Under the pieces are notes generated by a model. That model ran no database searches. It saw nothing but the letters and a program-made list of their open reading frames with translations, and was not told the origin of the DNA. From contig JBJDXJ010000063.1 in the NCBI GenBank assembly GCA_051866635.1, positions 16,820 to 80,819 on the forward strand: a stretch of 64,000 nucleotides of DNA, read 5' to 3'. Below are positions 20,401 to 30,297 of this stretch, piece by piece. The DNA is from Clostridia bacterium (GTDB lineage Bacteria; Bacillota; Clostridia; UMGS1883). Every line of letters starts with the position of its first letter. Positions within the stretch are counted from its first letter, which is position 1. A program made the position numbers and the translations under genes.

Positions 20401-20691
20401 TATAATCAAGACGACAAAAAACAGCTTGGAAAGCGAAAAAGCTCTCCAAGCTATCAGTTAGTTTGATTTATTTAGGATGATTTACAATAGATTATCAGGT
20501 TTTTTAAGACAATATCTTCAGCCCCTTGTGCTTGCTTTTAGTCAAGGATTATTCGACAGTACGACGTTCCCAAATGGCTTCCCGTCCCCAAATGAATCCC
20601 TCTGTGTTTTAATTATTCAGTTCTTAAAGTAGAGACTTAAGTGAATTGTTCCAATAAGGGATTAACCAAAACCATAGTCGTCTTGTTTATA
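20401..20691. repeat. 291-bp segment flanked by 15-bp inverted repeats, with internal terminator-like hairpin
   Basis: tataatcaagacgac (20401-20415) vs gtcgtcttgtttata (20677-20691), 14/15 match; hairpin agcttgga...tccaagct at 20423-20452 with a T-tract on the minus strand. Confidence 0.7.
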
Positions 20692-20862
20692 CCGGCCACA
20701 AACGCATCTAAAACGAGCTGTATCACATTTTGTGACTTTTAATGCTAAATTACCTTCCAAAGATTAATGTTTGTCACAAAAGGTAAAATTTACTCAATTG
20801 CAAAACTTTAGTTTTCATACCAAATTTGTCATCAGTTAAGAAAAAGTAGCTGGCAAATCATA

Positions 20863-20903
20863 AAATATGCGGTATAGGGCAAAAAACTCCATACCGCATA
20901 TTT
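20863..20903 (-). terminator. Terminator of SLH gene cluster
   Basis: aaatatgcggtat / ataccgcatattt stem right after the stop at 20906. Confidence 0.75.
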
Positions 20904-20905
20904 GC

Positions 20906-23900
20906 TTATTCAAATTTGCTTTTACTTTCATAAATACGATTAATCAACAAAATTGCTTGCTCACAAGTCGTATTTCCTAACGGTAAAATTTCGTTTGCAC
21001 CCACGCCTTTCATTATATCGTTATCATAAGCAAATTGAACGGATGGCATTGCCCAACTAGAAATCTTATCATTATCGCTGAAACTATGATATTGATAATC
21101 ATTAATATCTACATTTGGATACATAGCATCAACAGCTCTTACAAGCATTGCACAAATTTCCTGCCTTGTAACAAGATTGTATGGAGCAAATTTCGTCTTA
21201 GAAACACCATTCACAATTCCAAGATTATACGCTTTTAAAATCTCCGGATTGTTGGTATCGTTGAATCTGTTATCTTCTTTTGAAACGGTTTTACCTGTAG
21301 TCCTTTCATACAATTTAACTACTAATTCACAGAACTGTTCTCTTGTGATATTTCTTTGGTAATTTACTTTTACACTATCCGTTACAAGTCCTGAATTTAT
21401 GGCTCTTGCTACTTCTGCCTCAGCCCATGTACTCGGAGTAGAGGTCGGGAAATTGGGGAAGTATTTCACAAGTTTTGTCTGTAAGTCAATAGCAGAAACA
21501 TATAGTTTACCTCCATATTCGTACACAACCTTATCTAATTCCAATATTCCCGTATCACCCAAAACAGTTTTGTATGAAACTACCTTATTGTTATCTTGAA
21601 ATGCCAAAATATATGATGCACTTCTGATATTTGCAGATTTCTTTTCAGGATAATCAAAATACTCATATCCGTTTGAAACTGCAACATCCTTTAAAACATA
21701 GTAGTCTTTTCCGCTTGGCTTAAATGAAACAGATGACGAAGAAATTGATACCTTTACTGTAACAGAATCGGTATATCCACCATCTTCTGTAACAACAGTA
21801 ACCTTCGTTGTGCCTTCTTTGATTCCAAGAATATCACAGCTTAGACCAACTACCGATACAGTTGCTACGCTACTGTCATCAACATACCATTTAACATTTT
21901 TGTTCGTTGCATCTGACGGGTTGAGTTTTGCAGTAACTACCGATGAACCACCAGGAGAAAGGCTTATGCTTGAATCCGAAAGACTTACTGATTTTACAGC
22001 GGTTTTACTTGTTTTTCTCGGGTCATTCGGGTCTGTCGGATCACTGCCTCCTTTGTATTCTTCAAGGTTTGTTAATCCATCCTTATCATCATCGCTGTTT
22101 GCAATATCTTTTTCCTCACCTGATTCAGGCCACAAAGAATATTTGTCACAATACCAGTCAGGAATACCATCACCATCGCGGTCGGCTTCGCTGGTGGTAA
22201 TTCTTATGACTTCACTGAGTTCAGATTTTGCACCATTTTCTGCAATTGCAACTACCGCAGCATAACCTGTTGCGTTTCTTTCGCCCAAATCGATGGAATA
22301 TGAATCACTTCCGGCATAGCGTTTTTCCATAACAACATCTTTATCATTTATTGAACTGAATTTTTTGTCGCTGTAATAGATGTTATAATATACAGTATCA
22401 GCATTCAGGTCATCAAATGTAAGCTCTACTATACTGTCTCTGTCTTTTGGATTGGTATAATCAAGATTTGTTACAGCCTGCAGTTCTTCATCAGATGCAA
22501 GTTTAGCCATAAGAACATATGTACCATCGCCATCGTAATCACAATAGGCTCTAATATTCATACTTTCTTCTTTTTCTAAAGTCGTATCCAGTTTTGCCCA
22601 CACATCATCAACAATTTTAAACCAGGAAATTGTTGAATAATCAATATCTGAACCAATGCTTGCTGTTGATAATAACTCTCCTTGTGTATTTACTTCATTT
22701 GAAGACGAGATTACAAAAGGTAAATTTACACCGAAATACTCATCAAACAATAATTGTTTGTCATATGATGAAATTGTGTATGTAGTTTCTTTGTCTGGAA
22801 TAAAATATGCATGTAATTCATCATATGGCGACTTATATACAACACCATTTGTTGTTGCTGTAATTGAATTTTTAAACAATATATTCTCTGCTGATATTGA
22901 GTTCGTGGACGTTTCGGCGATAGTCGAACTCACAATATTTGAAGTGTTTCCACTTTCATACCAAATATAATCATCATCAGATAACGAAGCAAATCCATAA
23001 TCAGCTAGTCTATCAGCTTTGGAAATACTATACTTAGACTTATATGAAATATTAAATACATTTTTATACAAATAATCCTCTGTATCATTTGTATAGGCAA
23101 CACCTTTTTCTAAAAAATCAGCAAAAACTCTTTCGGCAGATTTTTTATGATTAAAAGAATGCGCTGTATTTATTTCTCTGTTGTCGTAATCGTTATTTAA
23201 ATACAAATAATCTCTGTCGCTAGAAATCTCAATATCATTACTTCCGTTTAAAAGATTATTATCCATTAATCCGTAGTCAGAATTTGGAGCATCTCGATAT
23301 GTCAGAGTTTGTCCATTTGAATCAGAATATGTATTTCCCCACATCACTTCGTTACCTTCACCATCTAAGAAAGCACTTAAATAGTCATCAAATAGCCCTA
23401 TTATATAATGTCCTGCTTCATGCGTTGCAACTTTTGACCATTTTTCTGTATCTTCGTCAATATTGTATTCGTTACCGCTGTAATTAACATACGCAGAGAG
23501 TTGAATTCGTTCAAACTCACTATAGTTATTTTCTAAACGTTCTGCAACCTCTTTGCCGAGATTTTTAAATGAACTTAAACTAGCGTCTATCAGTAAATCG
23601 GTATAAAAACCGCCTGTATATGCATTTTGTGTAATATTTAACGGTTTGAACCAATATGTCTTTCCATCGGAATCTACATACGACCACTCTCGGGCAGAAC
23701 CCTTTCTGTCACCGACTATTTTAATATCTGACATATTAGCATAACTTGATGATGAAGTACTACTTGTGAAAAAGCTTTCTATTCTATCTGTTTTTCCCAA
23801 CAAAACTTTATTAACCATTAGGTGTCCATCAGTTGCCTGTGCAAGGTTTTTAGATAAATTACTTGCAAAATTTCTAACACTGTTATAATACGTGTTGCTT

Positions 23901-25069
23901 TCTTTTTCGTTATATTCATCTGATTCATGATAACATATCGCCAAATTCACCAACAATCTTGGTTCGGATAAATGCAATTCCAGCTCTTTATTTGTCTCAC
24001 CGATTATTCCATCAGCTAATTTTATCAGTTCAGCACAAAAATCTGCGGAATTAATATTCACGAATTGTCCCTTAGTTGTTTTAATTAAAGCCTCATAGCC
24101 GCTTAAATATCTGCTATTTCCGATTACAGATGTCATTATATTTTCTTCATATAATAAATCGGCAATTTCTTGCATGGAAGAGTATCCTCTTGTATTATTA
24201 ACCTTACAACCGGCATCAGTCAAAATAAAAGCAAACTTGTTTGCTGTAGACCGCCAATTCATGCCATCTTGGTAAAGCAATGAGTCAAGTGCATCAATCG
24301 GAGTTTCATCAAGATCACCACCACCTGCAACTGTAACATTACCTAATGTTTCGATTAATTCATCGGTTGTATTGTGCCATGGCGAATAATGAATATAGTG
24401 ACCTTTAGTCGAATTAACCCCATCAACATCTATATCTCTATATTCCACTACGCTCATACGAAGATCTAACCCTTGCTTTTCAAGATGTTTAGCAAACTCT
24501 GTGATGTTATTCTTTACATTATTTATACTTCCGCTCATAGAACTTGTTGTGTCAATTACAAATGCCAAATCTACATCTTTGCTATTTCCGACAGGAAGTT
24601 TTCTACCTAGCCAATTGCCATTGGAATCTATAGTCTCAGAATGCAATTCTAATTGCATTCTCGGTTCATTGTACAAGGAAAAAAGTGCATCTCTATTACC
24701 ACCATCTATACCATCGCCAATACCACTTCCACTTGCAACTACTTTTTGAGCTGAAAATGTAAGTTTTGACCGTTCTTCCTCGCTGTATCCCGACAAATCA
24801 AATTCGGCATATCCTTCGCTATCTGTGGTATCAGAGGTTACCCAACTAACATCATCACCTTTCAGACCTTGACCTTTATACATATTTACTGTTGCACCTT
24901 TTATCGGCACTCTGTATTTTTCATCATCCGAAGGTGCATCTTTTGGAGTAGCAGTAACCTTAATTTTAACAATGTCATCATCACTTTTTGCCGATGCCGT
25001 AAAAGTAAAAGCAGAAGTCAATGACAAAATCATACATATTGTTAAAAATAGACTTATAAACTTCTTCAT
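20906..25069 (-). CDS. Large secreted SLH protein: vWA + HExxH zinc metalloprotease (CLCA_N-like) + Ca-binding DxDxDG repeats + Ig-like (Big_2) + SLH
   Basis: Signal peptide; 'DLAFVIDTTSSM' MIDAS; 'THEAGHYIIGLFDDY'; 'DRDGDGIPDW...DDDKDGLTNLEEY'; 'PSDATNKNVKW...GTTKVTVVTEDGG'; 'ITREQFC', 'VTRQEIC' SLH motifs. Confidence 0.8.
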   Translation of the reverse strand: MKKFISLFLTICMILSLTSAFTFTASAKSDDDIVKIKVTATPKDAPSDDEKYRVPIKGATVNMYKGQGLKGDDVSWVTSDTTDSEGYAEFDLSGYSEEERSKLTFSAQKVVASGSGIGDGIDGGNRDALFSLYNEPRMQLELHSETIDSNGNWLGRKLPVGNSKDVDLAFVIDTTSSMSGSINNVKNNITEFAKHLEKQGLDLRMSVVEYRDIDVDGVNSTKGHYIHYSPWHNTTDELIETLGNVTVAGGGDLDETPIDALDSLLYQDGMNWRSTANKFAFILTDAGCKVNNTRGYSSMQEIADLLYEENIMTSVIGNSRYLSGYEALIKTTKGQFVNINSADFCAELIKLADGIIGETNKELELHLSEPRLLVNLAICYHESDEYNEKESNTYYNSVRNFASNLSKNLAQATDGHLMVNKVLLGKTDRIESFFTSSTSSSSYANMSDIKIVGDRKGSAREWSYVDSDGKTYWFKPLNITQNAYTGGFYTDLLIDASLSSFKNLGKEVAERLENNYSEFERIQLSAYVNYSGNEYNIDEDTEKWSKVATHEAGHYIIGLFDDYLSAFLDGEGNEVMWGNTYSDSNGQTLTYRDAPNSDYGLMDNNLLNGSNDIEISSDRDYLYLNNDYDNREINTAHSFNHKKSAERVFADFLEKGVAYTNDTEDYLYKNVFNISYKSKYSISKADRLADYGFASLSDDDYIWYESGNTSNIVSSTIAETSTNSISAENILFKNSITATTNGVVYKSPYDELHAYFIPDKETTYTISSYDKQLLFDEYFGVNLPFVISSSNEVNTQGELLSTASIGSDIDYSTISWFKIVDDVWAKLDTTLEKEESMNIRAYCDYDGDGTYVLMAKLASDEELQAVTNLDYTNPKDRDSIVELTFDDLNADTVYYNIYYSDKKFSSINDKDVVMEKRYAGSDSYSIDLGERNATGYAAVVAIAENGAKSELSEVIRITTSEADRDGDGIPDWYCDKYSLWPESGEEKDIANSDDDKDGLTNLEEYKGGSDPTDPNDPRKTSKTAVKSVSLSDSSISLSPGGSSVVTAKLNPSDATNKNVKWYVDDSSVATVSVVGLSCDILGIKEGTTKVTVVTEDGGYTDSVTVKVSISSSSVSFKPSGKDYYVLKDVAVSNGYEYFDYPEKKSANIRSASYILAFQDNNKVVSYKTVLGDTGILELDKVVYEYGGKLYVSAIDLQTKLVKYFPNFPTSTPSTWAEAEVARAINSGLVTDSVKVNYQRNITREQFCELVVKLYERTTGKTVSKEDNRFNDTNNPEILKAYNLGIVNGVSKTKFAPYNLVTRQEICAMLVRAVDAMYPNVDINDYQYHSFSDNDKISSWAMPSVQFAYDNDIMKGVGANEILPLGNTTCEQAILLINRIYESKSKFE

Positions 25070-25111
25070 ATATGTCCTCCTTTTCTTTTAGAATTTTCAT
25101 TATGCGAAAAC

Positions 25112-27166
25112 TTAATTTCCAAACAAATCCGATTGTGTAAATATTCTCTGTGCCAAAATAATAGCCTGTTCTCTTGTTGCACTTGCATAACCTGATGCTT
25201 CTTGTTGAGAAGTTGTGTTTTTAGGTGCAAAATGAGTATCGCTTACACCTTTAATAATACCATATTTAGACATGAAGTAAACAGATGGTTTTGCCCAAGT
25301 GGATATTTCATTATCATCAGCAAAAAGCTTAACGCCATCGGTCTGCATATAGTATTCATTATCCGTAGCCATTGTCCAATTCGGAAAACTGTATTTTTTT
25401 ATAACTCTGCAAAGCATTGTTGCAAGCTGCTCTCTATTTATAAAACTCAAAGGCTCATAAGTAGTGGTTGATGTACCCTGTGCCACTTCAATCTGATATG
25501 CTTTCTTAATTGCTTTTTCGTTATCATCGTATTGTATGTCAGTAAATGTACAAGAAGGTGATTCCTCAACGCTTCTTTTTGCCAAAACTTCATAAAGTTG
25601 AACTGCAATAGCAGCGAACTCACCTCTGTTAACCTTTTTAGTCAAGTCAAAACCAATCATCACTTCCGGAATAAGATCATTTTCAAAAGCTTCTTCAATT
25701 TCAGGAGCTGCCCATGTTGATGTGGTAGAACCAAATGATGTAACAACCGTCTGTTTATTATTTCCGCTATCATCAATTTTTGCAAATTTCCAACCGCTAT
25801 TTTCCTCTAAAACTGCAAGCACAGTCGCACCAGGAATTATTGCTTCGTATTCTATTGGAATTATCTCATTCCCATTTTTGTCAACAATTCCTTCGTATCC
25901 ATCTTTTGATACTACGAAATAATCTTTGTTAAACAATTCTATTGAATTATACTGCATGGGTAAAATAATTTTTCCGTTTGAATTAATTAATCCAACAGTG
26001 TAAACATCATCTTTGTACTTATTTAATTTGTATAAATCATCTGTTATCCAATCATTATTCAATAAGTCTTTTCCGCGTATTTCTCTCGGTTGCTCGATTG
26101 GCAAAACAACATTTCCAGTCATGTCAATCAAACCATAAAGCCCATCTTTTTGCACTGCAAATAAATTTTCAGAAAAAACTTCTATGCTATCATAAACTAA
26201 TGGAACAATAATTTCATTATTACTGTTCATTGCACCGTGTTTATCATTATCCTCAATAAAAATCAAATTTTTATCTGAAGAATTAATTTCTGAAATATAG
26301 TATTTACTTTCACTGATGCAATTTCCATTTAAGTCATATAAATAATCTTTTTTGTCAAATGTATAGCAATTAACTATATTGTTAGCAACAGAACCTACCC
26401 ACTTATACTCAAATGGAATAATGGTATTGTTATTTGTATCAATAAGCCCCCATTGTCCAGACTTTTCTGCAGAAAATATGTTATCTTTAATGAAATTAAT
26501 GCTTTCATATTCTGTTGGAATAATCACATTAGCATTATAATCGGCTATGCCGCACAATCCGTTTTGAGTTATACGAATATATTTATCAGTATTGTACAAG
26601 GAATCTATTTCTTCGTAGTTTTCTAAAATAATGTTTCCATTGTTATCAAGAATGCGATACATACCATTTTTTCTTGCAACAATATAATTATTACTTGTAC
26701 CTAACTTATCCATCCACTCATAACCTAAAGGAATAATCCAGTTTCCATTTAAGTCCATAAGACCTTCTGCATCATTTTTTATCACTCTAATTCTACTTCC
26801 GTTAAGAATAGCCATGTTGTCTCCCCAACTAGCATCATATTCTATCGGAATAATCACATTTCCAGAAGTATCAAGAACACCTGTAAAATCGCCATCTATT
26901 ACGCATACTAAATTCTCATTCATAGTCCAAAGCCTGTCATAAATGGCAGGAATCACAATTTTACCATATTGATTAACAAGTCCAGTTTTGTCACCATCCT
27001 CAAACGAAAAAAAGTCGCTGTTTGTACTCGAAGATGAAGATACTAATGTGTAATCATATTGAGATTCGTTTGTCCAATCAAAAGTTGCTGCACTTACATT
27101 AATAGATGTAGTTGTAAGTAAAGTTACGCATATAAAGATTAATACTGTATTTAGGGTTTTTTTCAT
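25112..27166 (-). CDS. WG-repeat protein with C-terminal SLH domains
   Basis: About ten 'GxxDxxGxxIIPxEY' repeats; signal peptide; SLH-type C-terminus. Confidence 0.85.
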   Translation of the reverse strand: MKKTLNTVLIFICVTLLTTTSINVSAATFDWTNESQYDYTLVSSSSSTNSDFFSFEDGDKTGLVNQYGKIVIPAIYDRLWTMNENLVCVIDGDFTGVLDTSGNVIIPIEYDASWGDNMAILNGSRIRVIKNDAEGLMDLNGNWIIPLGYEWMDKLGTSNNYIVARKNGMYRILDNNGNIILENYEEIDSLYNTDKYIRITQNGLCGIADYNANVIIPTEYESINFIKDNIFSAEKSGQWGLIDTNNNTIIPFEYKWVGSVANNIVNCYTFDKKDYLYDLNGNCISESKYYISEINSSDKNLIFIEDNDKHGAMNSNNEIIVPLVYDSIEVFSENLFAVQKDGLYGLIDMTGNVVLPIEQPREIRGKDLLNNDWITDDLYKLNKYKDDVYTVGLINSNGKIILPMQYNSIELFNKDYFVVSKDGYEGIVDKNGNEIIPIEYEAIIPGATVLAVLEENSGWKFAKIDDSGNNKQTVVTSFGSTTSTWAAPEIEEAFENDLIPEVMIGFDLTKKVNRGEFAAIAVQLYEVLAKRSVEESPSCTFTDIQYDDNEKAIKKAYQIEVAQGTSTTTYEPLSFINREQLATMLCRVIKKYSFPNWTMATDNEYYMQTDGVKLFADDNEISTWAKPSVYFMSKYGIIKGVSDTHFAPKNTTSQQEASGYASATREQAIILAQRIFTQSDLFGN

Positions 27167-27835
27167 ATAAAATTCCTCTCGCTCTATTGTTGTATACTCA
27201 ATTAGTTCCCAAACATATTGCCTTTTTCAAATATTCTTTTTGCAAGAATAATCGCCTGTTCTCTTGTTGCACTTGCATAACCCGATGCTTCTTGTTGAGA
27301 AGTTGTATTTTTAGGTGCAAAATGAGTATCGCTTACACCTTTAATGATACCATTCTTTGACATGAAGTATACAGACGGTTTTGCCCAATCAGAGATTTCA
27401 TTGTCGTCAGCAAATAATGTAGCATCATCAATATTCAAATCATATTGCGAATCTGTTGCCATTGTCCAATTAGGATAACTATATTTTTTGATAACTCTGC
27501 AAAGCATTGTTGCAAGCTGTTCTCTATTAATATTGCTAAGCGGTTCATATGTTGTTGAAGATGTGCCTTGAGCTACTTCTATTTGATATGCTTTCTTAAT
27601 TGCTTTTTCATTGTCATCATAATGAATATCAGCAAAAGTGCAGTTCTTTGATTCTTCAACACTTCTTTTTGCCAATGTTTCATACAACTGAACAGCAATT
27701 GCTGCAAATTCGCCTCTGTTGACTTTTTTTGTTAAGTCAAAATCGAGCATAACTTCGGGTATAAGATCGTTTTCAAAAGCCTCTTCAATTTCAGGGGCTG
27801 CCCATGTTGATACTTGAGCACCAAAAGATGTAGTT
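25112..27835. repeat. Duplicated ~630-bp SLH-encoding module (25112-25745 and 27202-27835)
   Basis: Colinear at a 2090-bp offset with long identical runs, e.g. ttttaggtgcaaaatgagtatcgcttacacctttaat. Confidence 0.9.
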
Positions 27836-28638
27836 ACAACTTCATTACTATTTTTATTGTCAGTTGCAAATACTATTTTAGAATTTAACACGCCATCATA
27901 AAATGGTACCGGATATAAGTGTACATAATATGTACCAGGTCCCATATGAGCAGTAATTGTGCATTTTGATGCTTCAACGCTGATACAGTCACTAAATGAT
28001 GATTTATTCCCTCCTGCAATTAAGTCTTCTTCTGTATATAGCTCAGATATAAAACATCCAATATTTGATGTACGCATAGTGTATGTGTATTTAAACTGTT
28101 CATCAGGAACTACTAACTTATACCATTTGTTATCATTCATTGAACTAAACTTTACTGTGTGTTCTTCGTTCAAGCCAATTTTAGTTGCATTCTCCCAGCC
28201 GGAAATGTTATTCGCAACTGTTCTTAATCTTATCTTTAATGTTTTATTTCTTAAGCTTGCATTTTCAGAATTATTATAATCGAATTTTATATAACTCGAA
28301 TCTATATTATCAATGTGAGGAACACTTATGTAGCCTGGTATAGAACTTACATTGTTTTGTGTCAGATGAACATAATTTCCTTTAGTGAATACATAATACT
28401 GCATAGCACCGCTATAATTGTCTGCTGAAACTTCAAATACGGTTGTTGTGTCTTTTTTTGAAACATCAATCTTAAAAAACAGATTTGAATCAAAATCGAA
28501 TTCTGTCCATACATTTTCTGTAAGTAAAACTGCATTATTGTATTCGTTATCATTAAAACTTGATCCATTTGCCGATACAATTAATGTCCCTAAAAGCATA
28601 ATCATCATAACTATTAATGCACTTGTAATTTTTTTCAT
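27202..28638 (-). CDS. Secreted beta-rich protein with C-terminal SLH domains
   Basis: Signal peptide; PPC-like 'NKWYKL...PGTYYVHL' segment; SLH module near-identical to the neighbouring gene. Confidence 0.75.
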   Translation of the reverse strand: MKKITSALIVMMIMLLGTLIVSANGSSFNDNEYNNAVLLTENVWTEFDFDSNLFFKIDVSKKDTTTVFEVSADNYSGAMQYYVFTKGNYVHLTQNNVSSIPGYISVPHIDNIDSSYIKFDYNNSENASLRNKTLKIRLRTVANNISGWENATKIGLNEEHTVKFSSMNDNKWYKLVVPDEQFKYTYTMRTSNIGCFISELYTEEDLIAGGNKSSFSDCISVEASKCTITAHMGPGTYYVHLYPVPFYDGVLNSKIVFATDNKNSNEVVTTSFGAQVSTWAAPEIEEAFENDLIPEVMLDFDLTKKVNRGEFAAIAVQLYETLAKRSVEESKNCTFADIHYDDNEKAIKKAYQIEVAQGTSSTTYEPLSNINREQLATMLCRVIKKYSYPNWTMATDSQYDLNIDDATLFADDNEISDWAKPSVYFMSKNGIIKGVSDTHFAPKNTTSQQEASGYASATREQAIILAKRIFEKGNMFGN

Positions 28639-28778
28639 TTTATTTTTCTTCCTTTCGTTTTAGATGTTTTTATTTGTCATATTATTGTGCCATTTGAGAC
28701 GTACATTTTGTGGTCCTATTTTATCTTTTAAACCGCCGCACCAGAAATTCCCCTTAAATTCCGCTAAAACTCTTTCCT

Positions 28779-30287
28779 TTAATATGTAAGTTTGACTATT
28801 TCTGTTTTGTCATCTGCGAAGAAATTCAAATAATGACCTCGCATCCTCTCAGGTGCTTCAATTTTAAGTTCAACGGTTTTTGTGGAAAAATGACCCACGC
28901 ACACATTCTTAGTTACTGTTGCAACTAAGTTTGACTGATAATCGTAAAGCTCCATAGTAACATCAACTTCTGTTTCACATTCGCCTGACTGAACTTCAAC
29001 TTTGCCGATTATTTCATCGCCTTCGTCTATGCCGTCCAAATCGGTATGGCTGACAATTTTTGCAAGGTAATTAAACTCCTCACCTTCTGTAACACCTTCC
29101 AGTGTGGGCTTGGTTTTAATAATTCTTCCGTTGTTGTCAAACTTGAATTCATCTATGCAAAGCTCACGGTGAACACCGTAATAATCGCTTTCATCCCCTT
29201 CAAAGTGTGCCGGGAAATTAAATCTGTGATACATAACATACCACTTATCAGTATTTGGAACATTTATAATTGTATGGTGACCTGTCCCGTAAATGCCCTT
29301 TGCCTCATCTTTTTCAATAAGGATTTCGTTACCGATAATAGGTCCTAACGGATTGTCGGAATAACCCCATCTTACATGGTAGTTTTTATTTCTTGTATCA
29401 TCCTCTGCCCATGTAAAATAATATACGCCCTTACGGTAGAAAATGTGGGCACCTTCACGGAAGTTGGGAGGTGTAATACACAAAGGTTCGCCCTTTAAAC
29501 TTATCATATCGCTTCCAAGCTCACAAACCCACATGCTTCCGTTACCCCAATAAAGGTAACTTCTGCCCGTTTCAGGGTCGGTAAACACTGCCGGGTCAAT
29601 AACCTGACCGGGGTAGTGCATTTCCTTTTCCTCTCCGTCCTCCAATGTAATTTTCATTGTATCATATACAATGGGGTGACCCAAGGGGTCAACATATTTT
29701 CCTGTAGGTGTATCACATACACTAACGCCCACAGCCTTTCCCACATTGCGTTCAAACTTGTCTGTATTTGCACTGTAATAGTAATAATATTTTCCGTTTT
29801 TCTTAATAATACAAGGTGCCCATGCGTTGCCATCAGACCATGAAACGTCCTTTTTAAGGTCTAAAATAACACCTTCGTCTGTCCAATTGACCAAATCGGG
29901 GGAAGAAAATGCCTTGAAATAGTATCCGCCCCAGCCGTCAAAGCCGTCACTTGTGGGGTACACATAATATTTTCCGTCAAAAACATCAGCCTCGGCATCG
30001 GCAAAATAGCCGTACTCACCTACGATGGAATTTCCCCATTCCAACATGGCAACTGTCCATTCTTCGCTTTCACCGTTTTTTGTAAAAAGGTACTTTACAG
30101 TATTATCCTTTTCCACATGGCCTTTCTTTTCCCAGTTCACGCCCTCTTCCGCATCGAAAAAGAGCTCCACATTGTCCAATGCTGTACCTGGCACAACAGG
30201 CACAACAATATAGTTCTGGCTTGAATCTATAATTGCGTTATACTTCTTTACCTTATCGCCGTAAACGGAATTAATTTTTATAGCCAT
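28779..30287 (-). CDS. Glycoside hydrolase family 43
   Basis: 'YVYPTSDG', 'WAPC', 'IDPAVF', 'REGAH', 'GTGHH', 'YHR'. Confidence 0.9.
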   Translation of the reverse strand: MAIKINSVYGDKVKKYNAIIDSSQNYIVVPVVPGTALDNVELFFDAEEGVNWEKKGHVEKDNTVKYLFTKNGESEEWTVAMLEWGNSIVGEYGYFADAEADVFDGKYYVYPTSDGFDGWGGYYFKAFSSPDLVNWTDEGVILDLKKDVSWSDGNAWAPCIIKKNGKYYYYYSANTDKFERNVGKAVGVSVCDTPTGKYVDPLGHPIVYDTMKITLEDGEEKEMHYPGQVIDPAVFTDPETGRSYLYWGNGSMWVCELGSDMISLKGEPLCITPPNFREGAHIFYRKGVYYFTWAEDDTRNKNYHVRWGYSDNPLGPIIGNEILIEKDEAKGIYGTGHHTIINVPNTDKWYVMYHRFNFPAHFEGDESDYYGVHRELCIDEFKFDNNGRIIKTKPTLEGVTEGEEFNYLAKIVSHTDLDGIDEGDEIIGKVEVQSGECETEVDVTMELYDYQSNLVATVTKNVCVGHFSTKTVELKIEAPERMRGHYLNFFADDKTEIVKLTY

Positions 30288-30297
30288 AGCTTACTCC

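Noticed and set aside
20401-20691. Retron msr-msd with a1/a2 inverted repeats
   Set aside because: No reverse transcriptase gene adjacent or recognised anywhere in the window
25112-27835. Duplicated SLH region as a DGR template/variable repeat pair
   Set aside because: Both copies are coding, differences inspected are largely synonymous and not adenine-specific, and no reverse transcriptase is present
20309-28699. 9-bp direct repeat catttgaga at both edges of the SLH block as att sites or TSD
   Set aside because: Short, AT-rich and plausible by chance; no recombinase nearby
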